A DNA stretch of 64,000 nucleotides, from contig NC_069004.1 in the NCBI RefSeq assembly GCF_001194135.2, forward strand, positions 19,754,709 through 19,818,708, written 5' to 3'. The translations under genes were made by a program, and so were the position numbers. Each line of letters begins with the position of its first letter. Position 1 is the stretch's first letter. This document shows positions 11,781-23,000 of this stretch, one piece after another. The notes below the pieces were generated by a model. It did not search any database. It was not told the origin of the DNA and saw only the letters and a list, made by a program, of their open reading frames with translations. The DNA comes from Octopus bimaculoides (taxonomy: Eukaryota).

Positions 11781-12957
11781 NNNNNNNNNNATGTAAATGT
11801 GTGTGTGTCTGTGTTTGTCTCCCCACCATCGCTTGACAACCGATGCTGGTGTGTTTACGTCCCTGTAACTTAGCAGATCGGCAAAAGAGACTGATAGAAT
11901 AAGTACTAGGCTTCCAAAGAATAAGTCCTGGGGTCGATTTGCCCGACTAAAAGCGGTGCTGCAGTCAAATGACTGAAACAAGTAAAAGAATATAATTATT
12001 AAAGTGGAATAATTATCAGAAAAGCCAGTCCTTTTCGTCTTCTGCGTATGCATGCGTGCGTGTGTGTGTGTGGTCATTTCATTTCCACTTGCTATGCTGG
12101 CATGAGTTGGACAGGTCATCCTGTTTCAATTCATTTCTTATTGAGAGATGCAGCTTCCATGGACGAGTACTTGCCTGCATATACAGCCCTGTATTTACCT
12201 GCATCAATCAATGGGAACAACATATGTATATATATATATGCATGTGTGTGTGTATATATGCATGTGCACATCGTTGCTTATGTAATGAAATACTCATGTA
12301 CACATATACATATATAAATGTACACGTGTCTATTGTAAAATTTTGTGCAACAGACCAAATTTGTCATCAGCCAACAATAGTTATTATTAATACTGTGCCA
12401 GGAAGCGAAAGCTCTGAGACCAATGGAAGATGTGGATGCTAATAAACTAACAAGCCAACCAACACAATGCATGTGTATGAATTAGTGACTAGTTAGAGAA
12501 TCACAAGGAATAAATCAGCATAAAATATCTGTTATGACTCACAACTCCAGACCACTATCACCAAGAGTGTAATTTGGATGATGTCAACTTAACTTCAAGA
12601 AAATCTGCTGGTGTGACTCAATGACTAAAGCGCTACTAAAACACTCTGAGACTAATATCACTTGCTTGCCAATGGTATTATGTTTTTTGAAACAAGTGTA
12701 GTCTATAATATAAAGTTGGTCATTACTTATGACTTTCTTTTACTCTTTACTCTTTTACTTGTTTCAGTCATTTGACTGCGGGCATGCTGGAGCACCGCCT
12801 TTAGTCGAGCAGATCAACCCCAGGACTTATTCTTTGGAAGCCTAGTACTTATTCTATCGGTCTCTTTTACCGAACTGCTAAGTTACGGGGATGTAAATAC
12901 ACCAGTATCGGTTGTCAAGCGATGTTGGGGGGGACAAACACAGACACACAAACATAT

Positions 12958-13009
<52 letters not shown>

Positions 13010-15525
13010 GACGGGCTTCTTTCAGTTTCCGTCTACCAAATCCACTCACAAGGCTTTGGTCGGCCCAAGGCTATAGTAGAAGACACTTGCCCAAGGTGCC
13101 ACGCAATGGGACTGAACCCAGAACCATGTGGTTGGTAAGCAAGCTACTTACCACACAGCCAATCCCACGCCTATGACTGTATATTGTTTGTAAAAAGATG
13201 AGAAAATCGGTTGAAATACAGAATGTCCATTTACAATTTGTAAAATAAGGAAATAATAAACACCTTTAAAGACAAATGAAAGTGATTTAAATATTGGTTT
13301 CAAATTTTGGCACAAGGCCAGCAATTTCAGAGGAAGGGTGAGTCGGTTACATCGACCCAGTACTTAACTGGTACTTATTTTATTGCCCCAGCAGGATGAA
13401 AGGCAACGTTGACTTCAGTGGAATTTGAACTCAGAACATAAAGATAAACAAAATGTTTAGCAGTATTTTGTCTGTCCTTATGTTCTGAGTTCAAATTGTG
13501 CTCAGGTTGACTTTGCCTTTCATCCTTTTGGGGTTGATAAAGTACCAGTTGAACACTGGGGTTGAAGTAATCAACTTACCCCTCCCCCCCATATTGCTGG
13601 CCTTGTGCAAGAATTTGAAACCAATATCAAAATAAAGTACATATCTTAAAACTTTAATGATATATTTAACATGCAAAGAAATTGATTATGGATTTCAACT
13701 TTAATAGATCCAATAAATTGTGGAAGTTCATCATCATCATCATCATCGATTAATGTCCACTTTCCATGCTAGCATGGGTTGGACGATTTGACTGAGGAAT
13801 GGTGGACCAGGAGGTGACACCAGGCTCCAATCTGATTTGGCAGAGTTTCTACAGCTGGATGCCCTTCCTAACGCCAACCACTCCGAGAGTGTAGTGGGTG
13901 CTTTTACGTGCCACCGGCACAAAGGCCAGTCAGGCAGTACTGGCAACGGCCACGCTCGAAATGGTGTACTTTACGTGCCACCTGCACAAGAGCCAGTCCA
14001 GGGGCACTGGCAATGACCTCGCTTGAATGTTTTTTCATGTGCCAGTAAGGCAACAAAAATAATTTGTGGACACCTCTGTATATAAATGTTGCAGAGAAAT
14101 GTGTTAAAGAATACATCACAAAAGTTTTTAGGCATGTGGGAAGATACTATATTCCCGATTACTCTAATGCATGTTGGCATGGAAACACTGATGAAACAAC
14201 TTCATATATATGATTTAGTCTGATGAAAACTACAGAGCTAAAATTTTGAAGTAACTGTTGGTCTTTTCTTGGTGAATCTAACTATATCATCATCATCATC
14301 ACCCTCATCATTATCATCATCATTTAATGTCTTCTTTTCCATGCTTGCATGGGTCAGCCAGATGGAATTTGTTGAGGCAGATTTTCCACTGTTACTAACC
14401 CTCATCTGTTTCCGAGCAAGTTGTTATTTCCCATAGCCTGACATGTTTTCCATGGAAGACTGGAAACAAACAGCATCATTTGTATGACAATACAGCTCAT
14501 TTGCAGCCATCATATGAGATTTATGCAGTAGTGATATGATGAAGTAGCTGTATGCTGTCAACTTAATGTGACAGTCCCCTGAAGGGAATAATAATCCTTT
14601 TGTCTGTCCTTGTTTGTCTCCTCTATGTTTAGCCCCTTGTGGGCAATAAAGAAATAAGAATTGTGGACAGAATCCTCAGCATGCCAGGCGAAATGCTTAA
14701 CCGCATTTCCTCCGTCCTTATATTCTGAATTCAAATTTCACTGAGGTCACTTCTGCCCATTCATTCTTTCAGGATCGATGAAATAAGTACCAGTTTATAC
14801 AAACATTTGATCACTATAAACAAATCATCTGTGTGGTTGTTCAGTAAGAAATTGTAAACATAAGGACACATGAAATGTGTCAAAGCCGACAGGAAGCAGT
14901 GCAGCTTCCTAGGTCTAACCAACAGGAGTATTATTCCCTTCAGGGGACTGTCACATTAAGTTGACAGTATACAACTATTTCAAAGAAGCATTACATTTGA
15001 CTGAGTAATCTGAATACTAAAGGGTTAAAACATAGTGAAACAGTGTCATGAAGATTTATAAATTTATGCATTAAAAGATATGTGGATGTTACATTTTTAT
15101 CTTTTACATGTTCTAGACCAAATACTGGGACACTAACATTTGTGTGTGTGTGTGTGTGTGTGTGTTATTAGCATTCAAATCAACCATATTCAGCCTAAAT
15201 ATTCTATTTGTTTTTTTGTTCAAACTGACCAGATTCAGCCTTTTACACCTACCCTACACCTAACCTTTCGCATCTACCCTTTCACACCTACCATTCCCTA
15301 AAAGTAAACAATCACATCATTGAAATCTCAAAGCTACGAGATAATTCATGATTAATTCAAAACAATATGAATAAATAAGTATGGCATTTGACAGTGTAAT
15401 CTGCTAAAGGGTTAAATGCTTCTCAGTATTATGAGGATTGACAGACACATATATCGGCAGAAGAGATAGTAGATGTTCAAATATGCTGCCTCACACCATG
15501 GAATTTCTACAGGTCCTGCTAGTTA

Positions 15526-15558
<33 letters not shown>

Positions 15559-15819
15559 AAGAATTTTCATCTGAAACAGATTTTGGTTATATTATTAACC
15601 ATTTAGCATTCAGGCTATTCTGTCAAATCTAATGCTTATTTATTCACATTGTTTTCAATTCATCATGCATTATCTCATAGCTTTGAGATGTTAATGATGT
15701 GATTGTTTATTTTTTGAAGGTAGGTGTGAGAGGTCAGATATGACCAGTTTGAGCACAAAAGAGGTAGAATATTTGGGTTGGATATCGCTGGCAGAATTGT
15801 TGACAGAATTGTTAACAAG

Positions 15820-16060
15820 GTGGCAAGCTGGCAGAAACGGTAGCACGCCGGGCGAAATGCTTAGTGGTATTTCGTCTGTCTTTACGCTCTGAGTTCAAAT
15901 TCCGCCAAGGTCAACTTTGCCTTTCATTCTTTCAGGGTCGATAAATTAAGTACCAGTTACACACTGGGGTCGATGTAATCGACTTAATCCTTTTGTCTGT
16001 CCTTGTTTGTCTCCTCTATGTTTAGCCCCTTGTGGGCAATAAAGAAATAAGAATTGTGGA
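15820..16060 (+). mobile_element. tRNA-derived SINE family B (representative)
   Basis: Head gctggcagaa..gagttcaaattcc and core gcctttcatcctttcggggtcgataaa..agtaccag. Copies near 5570-6140, 13300-13620, 23880-24100, 24545-24760, 53945-54170(-), 59565-60420(-), 60940-61220(-). Confidence 0.85.
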
Positions 16061-17069
16061 CAGAATCCTCAGCATGCCAGGCGAAATGCTTAACCGCATT
16101 TCCTCCGTCCTTATATTCTGAATTCAAATTTCACTGAGGTCAATTCTGCCCATTCATTCTTTCAGGATCGATGAAATAAGTACCAGTTGAGCACTGGGGT
16201 CAATGTAATCAGCTTAACTACTCTTGGGTATGAGTATAAAAACTGCATCCGTCTGCCAGGCCATGTCAGTGTAGCAGAGTAAGCTCATCAAACCAGTATG
16301 ATTTCAAGCTCAAATTCACAGCCTACTCATTAGACCATGGTTGTTGGAGAGAATATACTGAAGCCGTTATCCTGCAGTGGACTGAACATGGGCAATCTAT
16401 GGCTGGTTTAAATGCTGAAGGTCTAAACCCAATAAGCACACTCACCAACTGTTATTCTATATTATATTCCCAAAATGTTCTTCATACCTTCTCAATGTGA
16501 ACTGCAGCTGTTCTGTTGACAGGTTTTAACATGACTCCTCTTCTAAAATATTACTACGTTTACATTATAACATTTAACCTATTTTCTGTATTTTAAATAT
16601 TTGTTTACAATTCAGTTAGTTTTTGATTCTTCTTTCTAGTTACCCTATGCATCCTTATATTATGCAGAGTAGCCATCTATTTCCTCTATAGCGAGACATC
16701 TGTGTCTGTCCCTCGATCATATTTTAGCCTCTCCTGCACCTATTATAAAGTCACCTTCCTCTCTACTCAACCAAACTCAATCAAGGGTCTTTTTCTTTGT
16801 CTTGTGAGTTACTTGGCAACTTCACTAGTACTGGTGTTATGAAAAAAAGCACTCAATACACTCTGTTAAGAGGTTGGCTTTAGGAATGACATCTGGCTGA
16901 ATAAACCATGCCAAAACAGTCATTGGAGCTCAACTCAGTCCTCCAGTTCATTGGATCTTGTCAAACTATACAACTCATTGTATAGAAGACATAGCATGAG
17001 AGACAGACATTAAATGACAAAGAGGATCTGCAGAGGATCATGATCATAATGATCTTGATATTTTCACAT

Positions 17070-17700
17070 AAATTCATTCATCATCCAAGGCTTGCCTTTG
17101 CAAACAAAGATTCATGAAGGAGGCTGTCCACATTGAGTGCAAGCTCATTGGTGATTGATATGACCAATGTGGGAACAAGTAGACCCAGTTAATCCCAATA
17201 CTCAAGTTATTTATTATGGTCACAAAATATTGTATGATTATTGCTGTACTCAGGGTTGTCTCTGGCTGATGTTCTGTGCACCAGTAGACATTTCTACTGA
17301 GGCACATTACAGCCTCATAAATGGAGTTACTGTAGTTGTGAGGAAAATTATGTTCTAGGTTTGGTGTATCATTCCTTTCTAAATCTCCATTTGTCTCCCA
17401 AAAACTGCCCAGTTTGATGTCCCAAAGGAGGAGACACACTCATGAATGGTATTGCCATCTGACCTCACAATTAGAGGCTATAGCAGACCACTGACAATGG
17501 TCAATGTGACAGACACCAAGGGATTTCATAAGAGTATTGTACTTTTTCTTTGGTGCTCATTGTTGCCATAGCATTCATATAGAGCTCAGCCTTGGGCAGG
17601 CAATAATCTTCCATCTTGGAAATGTGCCCTGCCTTATGCATTTGCAGTTTTAACAACATGGCCTCAGTGCATGTGACTTCTGCTTGTTCAGAGACTTCAG
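17070..17700 (-). mobile_element. Degenerate RTE (BovB-like) LINE 3' end
   Basis: EVSEQAEVTCTEAMLLKLQMHKAGHISKMEDYCLPK resembles the RTE ORF2 C-terminus; ends in a gatgatg tail near 17075. Confidence 0.7.
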
Positions 17701-18951
17701 TCATCATCATCATCATCATCATTTAATATCCAATTTCCATGCTGGCATGGGTTAGCTGGTTTGACTGGAACTGGTAAGCTGAAGGGCTGCACCAAGCCCC
17801 ATGTCTGTTCTGGCATGGTTTCTATGGCTGGATGCCCTTCCTAATGCCAACCACTTTACAGTGTGTACTGAGTGTTTTTTCTTTTTTACGTGCCACTGGC
17901 ATGAGTGCCTTTTACGTCACCAACATGGGTGCCTTTTACGTGTCACCAGCAGATAAAAAAGCAACTCTAGTGGATGTTGATGATGATGCACTGATGCTGC
18001 TGGAGGAAGTGCTCAAGGAACCATCATAGGTGATAACAGTTGGTAACCTATAACTCAGAGCTACATAGGGGTACACACTTACCATATTAACATATATGTG
18101 GTGCTACAGCATGGCCTTGGCCATGATAGCTAAAGCAAACTACAAAACATAGATACTCTGACTACAAGTTAAATTTGTTTTTAATCATTTCCTCATAGAT
18201 GTTGTTGTTTATGATTACTTCACATATATTAAAGCTGTTCATAGTTATTCAGACATTTTCTCTTTTAAAATAAAATACATATCTAAAGTTTGAAATGTTG
18301 AAATGGTGATATTTGGTGTGAACCTCTGCACACTAGGTTCACGTCTCACCACAGATTGATTGAGTGGATTGGATTGGATTGGATTGCCTATGTTCAGTCC
18401 ACTGCAGGATGAAGACTTCAGCACATTCTCTCCGCCAACCATGATCTGATGTGGAAGCTGTGAATTGGGGCTTGAGATCATATTGGTTTGATGAGCCTAC
18501 TCTACTACACTGGCTTGACATGGCTTGATTGATATTGTAACATAAACCAGTCTATCGTGATTGTGCCAGTACTGCTGGACTGGCTCCTGTGCAGGTGGCA
18601 CGTAAAAAACACCATTTGAGCATGGCCGTTGCCAGTACAGCCTGACTGGCCCTCGTGCCAGTGGCACATATAAAGCACCCACTACACTCTCAGAGTGGTT
18701 GGTGTTAGGAAGGGCATCCAGCTGTAGAAACTTTGCCAGATCAGATCGGAGCCTGGTGCAGCCATCCGGTTTGCCAGTCCTCAATCAAATCGTCCAACCC
18801 ATGCTAACATGGAAAGCAGATGTTAAACGATGATGATGTTATGACTGGTCTTAACTGTATGTTCTGATCGGTCTTAACTATACTAGCCCCTTTGACCGTT
18901 CACATTTTTATCTCCTAAATTTCTCGTTCTACTGTTGTTTTATTTTTCCAG

Positions 18952-20097
18952 ATAAAAGACTTGACCCCTTTTGCAAGCACCTTGGACAGCGATACACTGG
19001 ACACATGGAGGTTTGTTTTGGCAGCCAACAACAAAACAATTCCCGTCGACACTAACCTGAAAAGTCTTAATGAAATTGTTAATGATCCTCAAGTGTCCTG
19101 CCATCTTCCTGGCAGTGGCCAGCGAGTCTGGGTCCCCTGTCTGCCCCCACCATCATACCAACGGGTCAAAAGTTCCCTCGCACCACCATCACCCTCTCCT
19201 ACGCCACCTCCATTATCATCGTCATTGTCGTCCCAACAACCACAATCATCATCATCATCACAACCAGCACCACCTCCATCATCATTATCATCACCATCAT
19301 CATCATCATCTCAACCACCACCATCACCATCTTCATCACCCTCATCGTCATATTCATCATCTTCATCTCAGAACAACAAACGAGCCACTCAACAATTAAA
19401 AGTTAATTTAAAAATTGATCCAAAAAATATCGGTTCCACAGGTGAAAGTGATAAAGAATGTTTCAAGAAGCTTACTGGTCATTCTCCAAAACATCTGTCC
19501 ACTTCTCCCCTGACAATTTCACCCATTTTCAGTAACCTTAACAATAAGAAGAAGAATGAAACATCTTTTGATGATTCGCTTTTTGGATCAGAGAATTTTA
19601 TGTGTGATAAACCCGCTCAAGAAATTGACCCAGGGGTAACATCGTCAGCCCAACACCAAGATCTCCTCAAGCAAGACATATTATCTGATAGTGAAATATT
19701 AGATTTGGAAGAAACCTTAGTTGAACCAAAGAGCCCAGTGTGGGCCGACAGATCTGACCGGTCTGTGAAAAACCTCTCTCAGGACACTAATCTGGCCCAG
19801 TCAAATTCGCAAGATGACCGTTCTAAAAGTGTTTCAGAAAGAGAAAATATGCAAACACTTAATGTAGCTTTACCTGAAAATCTCCCAAGTACACGAATTG
19901 TCCCACAGTTCCATAGCACACCCGTTCATCGTATATCAGTCTCTAGTCCTCTGGCTTCTCCGACTCCAGTTTCCAAACCTCAGTTAACTGAGTCTGCCAA
20001 TAAAAGTAATGATACCTTACCTTCCAAAGCAACAAAAGGCCACACTCTGAGTTCTTCCCATAAGCTGAAGAGAAAGGCTATCAGTAACCAAATGAAG
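18952..20097 (+). CDS. REV3L: REV3L exon, 1146 nt, phase 0-0: low-complexity linker with REV7-binding motif
   Basis: Acceptor tttttccag, donor aag|gtaatg. IKDLTPF..LDTWRFVLAA resembles human DLAEF..LRLWKTAFSA; VWVPCLPPPS resembles VIMPCKCAPS; QFHSTPV resembles CFHSTPI. Confidence 0.9.
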
Positions 20098-23000
20098 GTA
20101 ATGAAGAATTTTGACTTTTCTTATTTATTTATTTATTTATTTATTTTTTTTTTTTGTTCATTACTCAACTATGAAAGTAATAAGTAGAAATTATTTTACA
20201 CTACCTATATACAATATATTTGTAAATCTCTACTAAGTGAGTCTTTCATCAATACTTTAAGTATTGTGNNNNNNNNNNNNNNNNNNNNNNNNTTGTGGAG
20301 CTTATTCTGTTGTTGGCACTCCGTCGCTTACGACGTCGAGGGTTCCAGTTGATCCAATCAACGGAACAACCTGCTCGTGAAATTAACGTGCAAGTGGCTG
20401 AGCACTCCACAGACACGTGTACCCTTAACGGAGTTCTCGGGGATATTCAGCGTGACACAGTGTGACAAGGCTGACCCTTTGAATTACAGGCACAACAGAA
20501 ACAGGAAGTAAGAGTGAGAGAAAGTTGTGGTGGAAGAGTACAGCAGGGTTCGCCACCATCCTCTGCCGGAGCCTCGTGGAGCTTTAGGTGTTTTCGCTCA
20601 ATAAACACTCACAACGCCCGGTCTGGGAATCGAAACTGTGATCCTATGACTGCGAGTACGCTGCTCTAACCACTGGGCCATTGCGCCTCCACAGAGCCTA
20701 CTCTATGCTGAGGAGATCTAATAAGGCCAAAACATAACTGAAGTTGTCTCCCTTGCTTGCTGATATTGTTAAAATATTAATCAATGAGAAAATGTCATCT
20801 TTTCGTCATCATATAAATATTTCTAATTAGATTTTTGATGTACACTAGATTAGTTATATTAATATACACACACACTGTAAAGGGGATAGCAAACAATCAG
20901 AGGGAGTATAGTTGTGAGGTCCCTTTAGCCTTGTCTCACCAAGGACTTCTCAACCTCTCTAGTGTTATTGCAATGAGATAATGCACCTAGTACACACTGT
21001 GCAGTGATTGGTGATAGGAAATGCATCTAACTGTAGAAACCAAACCAAAGTGACAAGTCTGAGCACTGGTTTGTGAGAGCATTAGCTCCAAGTAAGAAAT
21101 AACTTGGATTGTGATGGCCCATCCAACAAATGCCAACATGGTAATCAAACAAATGGTGGCGGTGGTGGTGGGGGGGTTGTGTGTGTTTGCACAGGTGGCT
21201 TCTGTACAGTTTCCACCTCCCGAATTTCAGCCACTAAGCATTGGTCAGCATAAGGCTATAGTAGAACATACTTGCCCAACATGCTACAGAATGGGATGGA
21301 ATCTGAATTAGGAAGCAAACTTCTTAACAACACATCAAAGCCTACATGTAATATCTGTCTGTGTGGTTTGCTTGGGTCAAATGGGACTTGTTGAGGCAGG
21401 TTCTCTACAGCTTGATGGCCTTCCTGTCACCAAACCTCACGTGTTTCAAAGTAAGATATTCTTCCTCTTGCTGGACATGTTTTTTTTACAGAGGATCTGA
21501 AATGAACAACACCACTTATATGACAGTGATGCTTGTTTACAAGTATCACACAGTGTCAAGATGAAACAGAATCACACTTATACACATATGACAGGCTTCT
21601 TTCAGCCTTCACTTATCAGATCAATTCACAAGGCTTTGGTCAGCCTGAGGCTTTAGTAGAAGTCGCTTGCTCAAGTTGCCATGCAGTGGGATCGAACCTG
21701 TTAATATCAAATTAATAAAAGGTAGTATCAAAAAATATTAGGTAAAAAATTATGTTATACATAAAAACCATTGAGAGTGTATGGTCTTGTAGTTAGGGGT
21801 GTTGCACTCGCAATCATGAGATCTTGGTTTCAGTTCCTGGACTGGGTGGTGTGTTGTATTCTTGAACAAAACACTTCATCTCACATTGCTCTGCAATCAC
21901 TTCGACACCTGATGTGTGGTACTCTGTGCTCCTGTTCAGGCAACATTGATTTGATGGAAGAAGTGAGCTAATGTGCAGCACATGCATTTGATCACTATAA
22001 TAAAAATCATTTGTACAAATTGTTGAGCAAGAAATTGCAGATCCATCTTTTCTTAGACTACGAGAGACTATCATCATATGCAAAAACCACTTGTCCCTTA
22101 TGGGTGAGGGAAATCTGAATGATGAAATGGTAAAGAGCAAAGTGGAATACAGAGAAAAGGTGAAGAAGCACGACTCTAGATAGTTACTTTGTTTGGAATA
22201 TCAGGCAAATCTCTTTCAACTCACAGGCTCTTTTACAGTTGACTTAGTGAATCTCACTTCTTGGAGTAGTTCTGGGAAATCTACATTTAGTAAAGGATGT
22301 TTAGTTATGACTGAAAATAAGAACTTTTAAAGGCTGGAACTTCCATTACCATATTTCTGTTGAATTACACTGTCTTCATTTCAATTGATTTTGAAAATAA
22401 TGAAGAATTTAGTAAAATATTTTTGTCATTTTTATGCTGGTGTTTGGAACAGATATTAACGTGAAATTTTGATTGAAGTTTTTAATTTAGATCATTTTAA
22501 AACAGAGAGTTTGCGTCATAGAACCAAGGTCAGTCTTGGGCAGGTTGGTATCAAAAGGGTTAAAAACTGTCACTCTGTCAGTTATGATGACGAGGGTTCC
22601 AGTTGATCCAATCAATGGAACAGCTTGCTCGTGAAATTAATGTGCAAGTGGCTGAGTACACCACAGATAGGTGTACCCTTAATGTAGTTTACAGGAAGAT
22701 TCAGCGTGACAGGCTGACCTTTTGAAATACAGTTACTACTCACTTTTACCAGTGAACTGGAGCAGAGTGAGATGATTTGTCTTGCTCAAGGATACAATGT
22801 GCCAACAGGCATCAAACTCGTAACCCTATGATCGTGAGCTGAATGTCTCCACCACTAAGCCACTTGCCTTCATACATTAAATATAGTCCTAAACTACACA
22901 AGGACTGAGAAACAGCATGATCACAACTGGAACATGTTTGGTCATAGGTCTGCTTGATCAGGACTGACCTAGTGTTAAACAACAACAACATGTATTAACA

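Noticed and set aside
18425-18475. Possible snoRNA or miRNA hairpin (atgatct...agatcat)
   Set aside because: No properly placed C/D boxes and irregular pairing.
19070-19399. Poly-His alternative-frame ORF overlapping the REV3L exon
   Set aside because: By-product of the TCA repeat; the Ser frame is the one in phase with the flanking exons.
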